Virus record (IMG/VR): IMGVR_UViG_3300037882_001770
Location: 62,001-126,000 of that record
Direction: 5' to 3' (one strand)
Length of the DNA stretch: 64,000 nucleotides
Within the stretch, counting starts at the first letter, position 1. Every line of letters starts with the position of its first letter. The notes beneath the pieces are model-generated. The model ran no database searches, was not told the origin of the DNA, and worked only from the letters and a program-made list of their open reading frames with translations. The translations under genes were made by a program, and so were the position numbers. Shown one piece after another: positions 1-8,832 of this stretch.

Positions 1-1
1 T

Positions 2-664
2 AGAATTGTATTGATCGGGGGTCAACAGATACCAACTGATACTGTACGTATAGCTGGCATATTGATCCAAAATATTAGGTTTAGGAGTTATCCTGGCGTT
101 GTCGCCGCCACCAAACTGTGCGGTGATAATCTGTTGGGCAGTTGCGCCGCCGCCAGATGGAACATTGTCGTCGTTGCGGGCGCCAACACCAGCAGTTTGA
201 TTGGAAGTAGCACCCGGGTCGTTTAAATTTATTGCCGGAGTGCTTTGTGTTTCATCTAATGTGCGAACTTCGTCATCTGTGCCAGATTCTTCTGTGTTGT
301 TTGTTTCGGTTACATACCCAGTTGTTGAATCTGGGGTTAATGTTGTACGGGCCGCGGTGATTCTCCCGACCGGCTCAAGTATTTGATTTGCTGATTGTGG
401 GTTTTGTGTATTTGCTCTATCATCTCGTGCCTGCTGACTCACAGTGACTACTTCACCAGAACTAGCAGTAGACGTAGATTGAACGCCATTTAATTGGTTT
501 CTTAATGCAGTAAGCTCTGCCTGCTGTATCTGCAACTGATCGTTGAGAGCCCGCTCTAGCGTAGCATTACTGCTGTTGATTGCCGCTTGAAGTTGCTGTA
601 TGGTTCGACTAACCTCGTTCTGCAATTTAAAAATTCGAGCAGAAAGTTCGGAACTAGTTGACAT
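2..664 (-). CDS. 5' part of a baseplate hub/tail-associated protein, running off the window start (absent from the ORF track)
   Basis: Manual translation from ATG at 664 gives MSTSSELSARIFKLQ...PKPNILDQYASYTYSISWYLLTPDQYNS with no stop before position 1. It starts just after the stop of 666..965. Confidence 0.6.
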   Translation of the reverse strand, partial: MSTSSELSARIFKLQNEVSRTIQQLQAAINSSNATLERALNDQLQIQQAELTALRNQLNGVQSTSTASSGEVVTVSQQARDDRANTQNPQSANQILEPVGRITAARTTLTPDSTTGYVTETNNTEESGTDDEVRTLDETQSTPAINLNDPGATSNQTAGVGARNDDNVPSGGGATAQQIITAQFGGGDNARITPKPNILDQYASYTYSISWYLLTPDQYNS

Positions 665-665
665 A

Positions 666-965
666 TTAGAATCCTAAAGTATTTTTAAGTGTTGTAATCT
701 TGGGCAGGTAGATCAAGGTGTCGGCTTTGAAGTCCAACGGCGGCTTTTGTAAAGTGTTAGGGTTGCGTTGATAAAACACCCACCATAAGTTTGGATTTTC
801 ATAAAGGTCAAATGCCAGCAAATCGGGCCTGTACTGATAAGTTTGATTTATTTTAAAAGCAATATCGTCTGTTAATTTTGGAATAGGTCTATTGACCATG
901 ACATCTAAAAAGAACTGGCTATAGCCTGTTTGGAAATAAGGACTAGTTGAGTCGTATGTAGCCAT
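666..965 (-). CDS. Baseplate wedge protein, T4 gp53-like (LysM-like)
   Basis: YQYRPDLLAFDLYENPNLWWVF motif, 99 aa, baseplate context. Confidence 0.7.
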   Translation of the reverse strand: MATYDSTSPYFQTGYSQFFLDVMVNRPIPKLTDDIAFKINQTYQYRPDLLAFDLYENPNLWWVFYQRNPNTLQKPPLDFKADTLIYLPKITTLKNTLGF

Positions 966-2179
966 TACCAGAATCCTCCTTTGAGTAGATCGCCGTTGGC
1001 AAATTGCTTGAGGCTAAATTGTTTACTAACTTGTTGTCGACTCTGAACTGGCAACAAGGTCAGGTTAATTTCCATTTTGGTGGGCACATAGGTTGGGCGA
1101 TTAAGTCCTAATGTAGGTGGGGCAAACGGAGTTGGCACTGCGCCGGCCGGTATCAATGCGGCTGCCAAACGATTGAGACTACCAAACAGACTGTTGGTGC
1201 TGACGCTTTGACGATCTCGAAGAGTTGTCAAATTTACACCGTTTTGGTTTGGGCTTCCGGCCCGTACATAATCCACATCGGCTGGCAAGTTGTAGTTGAA
1301 TGATTGTATTAAACAAGGATGTTCGTTAAATTGATATTCACCGAGACCGGTTAGATATACCAATGGTGGCGGGCTTCCCCGTTCGGTATCTTGACCGTAG
1401 AACATTTTGGTAGCAGATTTTAAAAAGTGTATCACTGCTAACAAATAATTGGCGTCAGCTGTTCCTTGGGCCGTAAACGTTGCTCTCATTGAGATTGCAT
1501 CAACATAACTATTTTGATAAAAATATCCACGATAGTTGCTGTGCGTTAAATCATACGCACTATAATTGGCCTTGTATACTGTGTCAATTTGTGGTGTATA
1601 CGGAAAAATAATTCCATCAGTTACTGCCAACGGCTGTAATATTCCGGGTTGAGGGGCATTGTACAAATATTTACTTTGTGGTGCTAACCGTAACCGTACT
1701 CGCCAGTCACCGTTGTTGATTTGTCGACGTTGTTGAGCAATGGTTTGCTGTTGACGTGCTTGTTCTCTCGCAGCTGTTTCTCTATCTGCATCAGCTTGTG
1801 CCTGTGTTGCTGGCTCTACAAATCCACTGCCCACATAAACTGGATTGTTGTCTTCGTCTAAGGTCCACCCAGGATTAATGTTTCCATCGTCGTCGTAGGG
1901 TGTTTCTCCATCTGGGCCAGCTGGATATTGATATACTGTATTTCCAGGAACGTCCCTGGCATTTAACAATACTGGACCGGTTGACTCATCAATTGGTGGC
2001 TCAAATCCATCATCAATGAATGCCTGGTCTTGTGCAAATAATATAGCCTCTTGTTGAGTCAGCCCTGAAGCTACTGTTGCGCCCGAATTTACGTCAACAA
2101 CTTCCCAACTTCCGGTCAACTCGTTAAGCAGAGGTTGGTAATTACCGGGTGTCTGTGGTGATGTGTTTAGCTCGGCCAT
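965..2179 (-). CDS. Baseplate/tail-tube initiator-like protein (gp48/gp54 class) with acidic N-terminal extension
   Basis: DWRVRL...GIIFPYTP...THSNY...PPPLVYL...FNEHPCLIQSFNYNLP motifs; TAATG overlap with the gp53-like gene. Confidence 0.55.
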   Translation of the reverse strand: MAELNTSPQTPGNYQPLLNELTGSWEVVDVNSGATVASGLTQQEAILFAQDQAFIDDGFEPPIDESTGPVLLNARDVPGNTVYQYPAGPDGETPYDDDGNINPGWTLDEDNNPVYVGSGFVEPATQAQADADRETAAREQARQQQTIAQQRRQINNGDWRVRLRLAPQSKYLYNAPQPGILQPLAVTDGIIFPYTPQIDTVYKANYSAYDLTHSNYRGYFYQNSYVDAISMRATFTAQGTADANYLLAVIHFLKSATKMFYGQDTERGSPPPLVYLTGLGEYQFNEHPCLIQSFNYNLPADVDYVRAGSPNQNGVNLTTLRDRQSVSTNSLFGSLNRLAAALIPAGAVPTPFAPPTLGLNRPTYVPTKMEINLTLLPVQSRQQVSKQFSLKQFANGDLLKGGFW

Positions 2180-2238
2180 ATTTGTTTTCCTATGCTATAT
2201 TTACCGCAAAAATAAACTACTCGTATAATGATTTCTGG

Positions 2239-2266
2239 TTGACATTAGCCAAAAATATGCTACAAT
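2239..2266 (+). promoter_or_regulatory. sigma70-type promoter for the late sigma gene
   Basis: TTGACA-16-TACAAT with TG extension; AGGAG upstream of the GTG start. Confidence 0.65.
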
Positions 2267-2291
2267 AAATATATTAATAGGAGACTTATCT

Positions 2292-3206
2292 GTGGCCACT
2301 TCATCACTGCCAAGAACACCAGCAAAAACCAATTATCTCAACAACAGGGATATTTTGAAAGAAATACACCTAAGCAAAAATACATATTGCACCTATAGAG
2401 ACCCAGTTCTAGATCATCAATATGATATTATCTTGCCCACTATTTTAAAAATCAATCAGCGGACTATTGCAGAAGCTAGACGCAATCGTGCTGATCGGCT
2501 AAAACGTGAGGGCATTATTGTAGACCCTAAAAAGATCCCAAATACCGATTTAGTGTTTAGAATCACGTGCTGGGAACACATACCAATGGCGCCCAAAAAA
2601 ATATCTAAAACTGCTGCAAAGAAGAAAAAAATTGAAGACATTTTTGAACTTGATTTGCTCGAAGAAGATGACCCATTAGCTGACTTAATTGAAGTTCCGG
2701 TACTAGACGAAAAACACGTGAGGCTTAATTTTCCACCATTTTATCACTATCGCTTAGATGAAAACAAGGAACTGTTCCAGGTAGGAAAAAGTCATTGGAT
2801 TGGAGATTTTGAGAACGGCGAGTTCTCTAAGGATCACGGAACAATGACTAGAAAACTTGCCACAATGTTTATGAAACTGTGTGAGCGATATGCTACTAGA
2901 TCAAACTGGCGTGGCTATACCTACAACGAAGAAATGCGTGGTCAGGCCTTGTTGCAATTGAGTCAGATTGGCCTACAGTTTGACGAATCAAAAAGTCAAA
3001 ATCCATTTGCTTACTATACAGCGGCTATTACTAACTCGTTTACTAGAATTTTGAATTTGGAAAAGAAAAATCAAAATATTCGTGACGACATGTTGGAAAT
3101 GAACGGATTGAACCCTTCGTGGACTAGACAGAATGCCGGAAAGAAAAATCCAAATTTTGGTGCCGCGGTCACTATCACTGCTGGCGAAGACTACGAAGCT
3201 TCTTAA
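2292..3206 (+). CDS. Late-transcription sigma factor, T4 gp55-like
   Basis: YATRSNWRGYTYNEEM...QFDESKSQNPFAYYTAAITNSFTRIL motif. Confidence 0.85.
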   Translation: MATSSLPRTPAKTNYLNNRDILKEIHLSKNTYCTYRDPVLDHQYDIILPTILKINQRTIAEARRNRADRLKREGIIVDPKKIPNTDLVFRITCWEHIPMAPKKISKTAAKKKKIEDIFELDLLEEDDPLADLIEVPVLDEKHVRLNFPPFYHYRLDENKELFQVGKSHWIGDFENGEFSKDHGTMTRKLATMFMKLCERYATRSNWRGYTYNEEMRGQALLQLSQIGLQFDESKSQNPFAYYTAAITNSFTRILNLEKKNQNIRDDMLEMNGLNPSWTRQNAGKKNPNFGAAVTITAGEDYEAS

Positions 3207-3215
3207 CCAGTTGGG

Positions 3216-3244
3216 TTGCAAAACCCAAAATTATCCTGTATACT
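3216..3244 (+). promoter_or_regulatory. sigma70-type promoter, probably leaderless transcript
   Basis: TTGCAA-17-TATACT, ATG at 3252 only 7 nt downstream. Confidence 0.6.
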
Positions 3245-3251
3245 TGATGAT

Positions 3252-4268
3252 ATGACAAATCTATTTCGTAAGACTGCGGTCTGCACAGACATACATTTTG
3301 GATTAAAATCAAACAGTCTTGTACACAATCAAGACTGCTCTGACTTTATTGACTGGTTTATTGATACAGCCAAAAAACAAGGGTGTGAAACCGGAATGTT
3401 TTTAGGCGATTGGCATCATCATAGAGCCAGTATTAATCTACAGACCCTGCATTTTAGTTTAAAAAGTTTACAAAAACTATCTGCGGCATTTGATAATTTT
3501 TATTTTATTCCAGGCAATCACGATCTGTATTATCGAGACAAACGCGACATACACGGAGCAGAATGGGCTCAGCACTTGCCCAATATTCATGTGGTCAACG
3601 ATTGGTTTCACGAAGGCGGTGTAACCATTGCTCCGTGGCTGGTCGGCGATGACCACAAAAAAATACAGAAACTAAACAGTCAGTATGTATTTGGCCATTT
3701 CGAGTTGCCGCACTTTAAGATGAATGCCATGGTAGAAATGCCCGATCATGGAGAGATTCACGTAGATCACTTTAGCGGAGTAGGCGAAGTGTATTCTGGG
3801 CATTTCCATTTGCGACAAAACAAACGCAATATCAACTATATCGGAAACTGTTTCCCCCACAACTTTGCCGACGCCGGCGATGCGGCCCGTGGCATGATGG
3901 TACTAGAGTGGGGGAAACCTGCAAAATACCATGCATGGCCCGGACAACCCCTGTATCGTGTGCTTAAACTGAGCCAGGTCATTGACGATGCGTCCAGTAT
4001 GCTGGCCAGCAACATGCATGTTCGGGTAGAGTTAGACATTGATATCAGCTACGAAGAAGCTAATTTTATTAAAGAAACCTTTATCAAAGATTATAATTTG
4101 CGAGAGATGGCACTGTTACCGGTCAAGAGTACTGCGGTAGATTTAGATCTTGCCCCAGGCGAGATCAAGTTTGAAAGTGTCGACCAAATTGTCACAGATC
4201 AAATCACCAATATTGAGTCTGAGTTTTATGATCCAAAGTTATTGTTAAAAATATATCAAAATCTATGA
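3252..4268 (+). CDS. Recombination nuclease subunit gp47 (Mre11/SbcD-like)
   Basis: Metallophosphoesterase motifs TDIHFG, GDWHH, PGNHD, GHFE, SGHFH; start reassigned to MTNLFRK. Confidence 0.92.
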   Translation: MTNLFRKTAVCTDIHFGLKSNSLVHNQDCSDFIDWFIDTAKKQGCETGMFLGDWHHHRASINLQTLHFSLKSLQKLSAAFDNFYFIPGNHDLYYRDKRDIHGAEWAQHLPNIHVVNDWFHEGGVTIAPWLVGDDHKKIQKLNSQYVFGHFELPHFKMNAMVEMPDHGEIHVDHFSGVGEVYSGHFHLRQNKRNINYIGNCFPHNFADAGDAARGMMVLEWGKPAKYHAWPGQPLYRVLKLSQVIDDASSMLASNMHVRVELDIDISYEEANFIKETFIKDYNLREMALLPVKSTAVDLDLAPGEIKFESVDQIVTDQITNIESEFYDPKLLLKIYQNL

Positions 4269-6028
4269 TTCATATAAAAAATCTAACTGTTAAAAACTTC
4301 ATGAGTGTGGGCAATGCTACCCAAGCTATTGATTTTGACCGCACTGATCTTACCCTGGTACTAGGTGAAAACTTGGATTTGGGTGGTGACGGCAGTCGTA
4401 ACGGCACCGGTAAAACTACAATTATTAATGCTCTTAGCTATGCGTTGTACGGGCAAGCCTTGAGTAACATTCGTAAAGACAATTTAGTAAACAAAACCAA
4501 CGGTAAGAACATGCTGGTCAGCCTAGACTTTATAGTAGGTAGTCAAGAATATCGAATCGAACGTGGGCGCAAACCTAACGTGCTAAAGTTTTATGTAAAC
4601 AACAAAGAACAAGAAATTACCGACGAGGCACAGGGCGACTCGAGAGAAACGCAGGACGCTATTGAGCACACTTTGGGATTAAGCCACGACATGTTCAAAC
4701 ACATTCTAGCACTCAACACTTATACTGAGCCATTCTTGAGTCTTAAAGCAAACGATCAACGCACTATCATTGAGCAACTGCTGGGCATCACAATGTTAAG
4801 TGAACGTGCTGACAAGATTAAAGAACTTAACAAACAAACCAAAGACGGAATTACACAAGAAGAATTTCGGATTCGTGCAGTTCAAGAAGCCAACAAACGC
4901 ATCGAGGAACAGATCGAATCACTTAAACGCAGACAAGTCATGTGGGTGACTAAACATGAAGAAGAGAAAACAAAACTTGAGGCCGCGCTGGCAAGCCTGC
5001 AAGAGATTGACATTACAGCTGAGATTGCGGCACACAAAGAACATTCAGCTTGGGACCAGAAGCGCAAGGATATCAACGAACTATCAGGAGCTATTAGCCG
5101 GGCAAAGACGGATACCGATCGAGAGAATAAAGCCATTGTCAAACTGGAGGCGGAGATTGCGTCGCTTGAAGCTCATACATGCCATACGTGCGGTCAAGCC
5201 TTCCACGACTCCAAGCACCAACAGGTGTTGGCGGGTAAGCAGAAAACTTTGGCAGAGGCGAGAACAGCAAGCCAAGAACATAGCGTTCTCCTATCAGAGC
5301 TACAGGTTGCCCACGACTCCTTGGGCACGTTAGGTAAACCACCTAAAATGTTCTACGACAAAGAATCTGATGCTATTCATCACCAAGCCACATTGACCAA
5401 TTTAGAAAAACAAATTGCCAACAAGGCCACAGAAGTAGATCCGTATACTGAACAAATTGAAGATATGCAACACCAAGCCCTCCAGGAAATCACTTATGAC
5501 ACACTTAATGAACTTACTCGTTTGCAAGAGCACCAAGAATTTCTACTCAAACTGCTCACCAGCAAAGACAGCTTTATCCGCAAAAAAATTATTGAACAAA
5601 ATCTTAGCTATCTAAATGCCAGACTAACACATTATCTAGATCGTGTAGGTTTACCACACACCGTAGTGTTCCAAAATGATCTAACTGTTAGTATCGAAGA
5701 ACTGGGGCGCGAGCTAGACTTTGACAATCTAAGCCGTGGTGAGCGCAATAGGCTGATCCTAAGCATGAGCTGGGCATTCCGTGATGTATTTGAAAGTCTA
5801 TACCAACCCATCAACTTGTTGTTCATAGACGAGATGATTGACAACGGTCTAGATACATCGGGTGTAGAAAATGCGCTGGCATTGCTAAAACAAATGAGTC
5901 GTGAGCGCCACAAGAGTATCTGGTTGGTCAGTCATAGAGACGAACTGGCTGGTCGAGTAGAAAACATTCTCAAAGTGGTCAAAGAAAATGGGTTTACCAG
6001 CTATAATACTGACGTAGAAATTTCATGA
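4265..6028 (+). CDS. Recombination ATPase gp46 (Rad50/SbcC-like)
   Basis: Walker A GSRNGTGKTT, coiled coil with CHTC zinc hook, signature LSRGE, Walker B LLFIDE. Confidence 0.95.
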   Translation: MIHIKNLTVKNFMSVGNATQAIDFDRTDLTLVLGENLDLGGDGSRNGTGKTTIINALSYALYGQALSNIRKDNLVNKTNGKNMLVSLDFIVGSQEYRIERGRKPNVLKFYVNNKEQEITDEAQGDSRETQDAIEHTLGLSHDMFKHILALNTYTEPFLSLKANDQRTIIEQLLGITMLSERADKIKELNKQTKDGITQEEFRIRAVQEANKRIEEQIESLKRRQVMWVTKHEEEKTKLEAALASLQEIDITAEIAAHKEHSAWDQKRKDINELSGAISRAKTDTDRENKAIVKLEAEIASLEAHTCHTCGQAFHDSKHQQVLAGKQKTLAEARTASQEHSVLLSELQVAHDSLGTLGKPPKMFYDKESDAIHHQATLTNLEKQIANKATEVDPYTEQIEDMQHQALQEITYDTLNELTRLQEHQEFLLKLLTSKDSFIRKKIIEQNLSYLNARLTHYLDRVGLPHTVVFQNDLTVSIEELGRELDFDNLSRGERNRLILSMSWAFRDVFESLYQPINLLFIDEMIDNGLDTSGVENALALLKQMSRERHKSIWLVSHRDELAGRVENILKVVKENGFTSYNTDVEIS

Positions 6029-6074
6029 CTTTAAAAAAAATACATTTCCCAAAAGACATGATAACTATAAGTCC

Positions 6075-6503
6075 ATGGTATGGCTTTATGAACAAAAACA
6101 AATCGAAACACTACCCGAAGACTGTGTCGGTTTTGTCTATTTGATTACAAATAACATCACTGGCCGAAAGTATATTGGAAAAAAATTAGCAAAATTTAGT
6201 AAAACTTCATACAAAGTAGTAAAATTAAAGAACGGCAACAAAAAACGCAAGAAAATCAAAAGTAAAATAGATTCAGACTGGCAGCTATACTATGGCAGCA
6301 ACGATCAACTCAACAAAGACATTGCAGAGCTAGGCTCAGACAACTTCACAAGAGAAATATTATTTTATTGCAACTCAAAGGCATCCTGTAGTTACATAGA
6401 AGCTAGAGAACAATTTAATCATAGAGTATTAGAATCAGACGACTACTATAACGGACAGATTGTATGCCGTATACACGGTAGTCACATAAAAAATAAAATT
6501 TAG
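6075..6503 (+). CDS. Small GIY-YIG family nuclease
   Basis: GFVYLITNNITGRKYIGKK and YYGS...E...YN catalytic pattern; basic KLKNGNKKRKKIK insert; no NUMOD tail. Confidence 0.8.
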   Translation: MVWLYEQKQIETLPEDCVGFVYLITNNITGRKYIGKKLAKFSKTSYKVVKLKNGNKKRKKIKSKIDSDWQLYYGSNDQLNKDIAELGSDNFTREILFYCNSKASCSYIEAREQFNHRVLESDDYYNGQIVCRIHGSHIKNKI

Positions 6504-6860
6504 ATAGGCAGCTTTACTGACTCTGTGCTGGGTGTTTGATCCAGCCCCATCGAGGAACGGTGAGATACCCGGTCTAGAACTTTGGGCGTCAAAGGCAATT
6601 GCTAACTTAAGGCAACAAATGGTTAGGGCTCCGTTGAAAAAGATACGACCCTTGCTTATAGGACTTGGATTTATTATCGGGTTACTAGGGTTCCGTTGAT
6701 TTGTGAAGCTAGAGTAAGGGGTACCGGTCAACCGCCTCTGCGTTGGAAACAACAATCTCTTTATAATAAATGACTGCTGTCACTCGGATAATGTGAAAAG
6801 AAGTCAATTCACCGTATTACGGTGAATTGTGACCACATAATCTGGATAATGCTAAAGAAA
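6504..6860 (+). ncRNA. Candidate large structured non-coding RNA (boundaries and strand tentative)
   Basis: Largest gap without a credible ORF. Stems: GCTGG/CCAGC 6527-6545, CTTTG/CAAAG 6580-6594, GTTG-GAAA-CAAC 6742-6753, and the perfect 11-bp CAATTCACCGT/ACGGTGAATTG 6805-6829. Confidence 0.55.
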
Positions 6861-6944
6861 GACAAATAAAAAATTATGTGTGAGCTTTAGCGAAACACAT
6901 AGATCTCTAAGAGATCTCACATAGTCAGCACTAAATAATATACT

Positions 6945-7457
6945 ATGAAAACCCTAAGAGAAATGATGGATTTAATCGAATCTGCTCAAACAGTAGCAGA
7001 ATTCGCACCAAGCGGCATTTATAAACCGCCTGTGATTCCTCGTGAACCTGGTAAGGATCCGTTTGAAGATGATCCCCGTAGCACAACTGTATCCAAAGTT
7101 CAACAACTATTAGACGCCGGCAAGAGTGTATTTGTATTGTTACCGGGTGCTAGAGGTCGTGCAATTGGCACACAAATTGGCGACGATCACTCTTGGTTAA
7201 ATGTTCAATACAAAGGCTGGAAAGATCCTAAGACTCGCAGTAACGCTCGATTAACAGTAAATCTAAAAGCCGACGACGATTCTTCACTAACGCTAACTCC
7301 GGGTAGTCAATTCACTGACAATAAAGATCGCCCATTTGACTATACTTTATCCGGTGAGGCTAAAACCAGCGGTCGCGGATTATTTGAAGTCGAGTTAGAA
7401 GAAGAAATATCCGACGATGCTGTGCGTCGTGTGGAACAACTCGCTCAGTATAAATAA
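6945..7457 (+). CDS. Hypothetical protein, possible internal head protein
   Basis: N-terminus MKTLREMMDLIES resembles a T4 capsid-targeting sequence; TAAATA late promoter 7 nt upstream. Confidence 0.5.
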   Translation: MKTLREMMDLIESAQTVAEFAPSGIYKPPVIPREPGKDPFEDDPRSTTVSKVQQLLDAGKSVFVLLPGARGRAIGTQIGDDHSWLNVQYKGWKDPKTRSNARLTVNLKADDDSSLTLTPGSQFTDNKDRPFDYTLSGEAKTSGRGLFEVELEEEISDDAVRRVEQLAQYK

Positions 7458-7516
7458 AGGTGTAGTTCGCGGGACGGCAATCCCCAACTACTCTAACGCT
7501 TTGAAGGAGCATCAGC
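7449..7516 (+). promoter_or_regulatory. Late promoter plus structured leader of GIY-YIG homing endonuclease
   Basis: TATAAATA, then stems TAGTT/AACTA, GGGA/TCCC and GCT/AGC (the last around the SD); same architecture at 48721-48789. Confidence 0.75.
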
Positions 7517-8092
7517 TTGAAACATATTTACAATAAACTTAATCCCCCATCTGGATTCTACATCTACGCTTATATTAGAGAAAACGGAACACCTTACTAT
7601 ATCGGCAAAGGCAAGGGTATACGAGCCTGGGTAAGTCATGCTAACAAAGGCAAAGGAGCTCATACACCCAAAGACAAATCAAGAATTATAGTTTGTGAAT
7701 CTAATTTAACAGAAATAGGTGCCTTTGCGTTAGAGCGTAGATACATTCGTTGGTATGGACGCAAAGATCTAGGCACAGGTATTTTACTAAACAAAACAGA
7801 CGGTGGCGAAGGCACAGCTAATACCATTAGAACCGTATCGGAAGAAACTAAAATAAAAATTGGATCTGCTAATAAGGGCAGAGTTCAGACCGAAGAAACA
7901 CGAGCTAAACGAAGTGCGTCTCTCAAAGGAAGAAAGCCTTCAGAAGAATCAAACATTAAGCGTGGAGCAAAAGCAAGAGGTAGAGTTCTTGGCCCACAGT
8001 CAGAAGAACGAAAAGCTAAAACAAGTCTTTTAATTAAACAATGGTGGGCGGAACGAAAAGCGTTAGAATTGATCGGGCCAGTCGCGAAATAA
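7517..8092 (+). mobile_element. Free-standing GIY-YIG homing endonuclease with NUMOD3-type repeats
   Basis: [30 protein letters not shown] and [26 protein letters not shown] repeats; TTG start behind AAGGAG. Confidence 0.85.
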
Positions 8093-8398
8093 CGCATGCT
8101 GGATGTCACCTGCTACGAATTGATTGAAGCTCTTGTGTTTAACTTCAAGCTCGCCCTCTAAAGGTGCTACTCGCTTAAAGGCTTCATCCATCTGAGCCAT
8201 GTTTTTAAATTCCATCAAAATCATCCATTCGGGAAGATCCGCTACAGATCGAAAACCCATTTTGCATCTGGTAATTCTGTATGATTCCATTTTGCCTTCT
8301 GAAATCAAATGATCAAAGAAACTTTTCATTCCGTTGACCCATTCTAAATCAGAGATGTCGCCTTCTTTGTTTGCCCAAATTGTGTATAAGTCTGCCAT
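8063..8398 (-). CDS. DUF6614-like protein
   Basis: Pattern YTIWAN...YRITRCKMG...[10 protein letters not shown]...ALFRDWPD recognised from memory. Confidence 0.55.
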   Translation of the reverse strand: MADLYTIWANKEGDISDLEWVNGMKSFFDHLISEGKMESYRITRCKMGFRSVADLPEWMILMEFKNMAQMDEAFKRVAPLEGELEVKHKSFNQFVAGDIQHALFRDWPDQF

Positions 8399-8832
8399 TA
8401 TTGTAGTGTCCCTAAAATTTCAAAGCCTTTGAGGCCTTGTTTGTACAAGTGTGCTTGGTCAAGATACAAGTATTTGAAACCACGTTCTCTATAGATAGCA
8501 CACTCTGTTTTTAAACTTTCTATGCCTAGTCTAGTCTTTGGATTATGGTAGGTCCATGCAAACTGACTGGCTAGAACGTTTTCCCTGTCGTAGCGTTTCA
8601 TCAAACTAAACGCTACCAATTGCCCTTCTTCGTAATATCCAATTACATCAGTATCGAGATCTGTAAACTGACTGTCAAAAAGTGGCATTACGCTTGCAAA
8701 GTGTTTGTAGATACAATAGGTTCTGTAGATATCTTGTAGTTGTGCAATGTTGGGTTCGTGTAGATATTTCCAGTCAACCTGCGGTTGATATGTAGTTTCT
8801 TCCAATCGTATTCTAGCAAATTGATAAGTCAT
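8398..8832 (-). CDS. GNAT-fold protein resembling the C-terminal domain of arginyl/leucyl-tRNA-protein transferases (ATE1/Bpt)
   Basis: YRTYCIYKH...VIGYYEEGQLVAFS...RLGIESLKTECAIYRERGFKYLYL parallels ATE_C motifs. Confidence 0.55.
   Translation of the reverse strand: MTYQFARIRLEETTYQPQVDWKYLHEPNIAQLQDIYRTYCIYKHFASVMPLFDSQFTDLDTDVIGYYEEGQLVAFSLMKRYDRENVLASQFAWTYHNPKTRLGIESLKTECAIYRERGFKYLYLDQAHLYKQGLKGFEILGTLQ

Noticed and set aside
6435-6755. 106-aa minus-strand ORF across the structured region
   Set aside because: TTG start, no RBS, no recognisable motif, and it overlaps the GIY-YIG gene; more likely incidental.
6504-6930. RNase P, tmRNA, group I/II intron or IscB omega-RNA identity for the structured region
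   Set aside because: Only fragments resemble them (GAGGAA, ATAGTC, GTCAAC). Full consensus elements, tRNA-like ends and interrupted exons were not found by eye; a covariance search is still needed.
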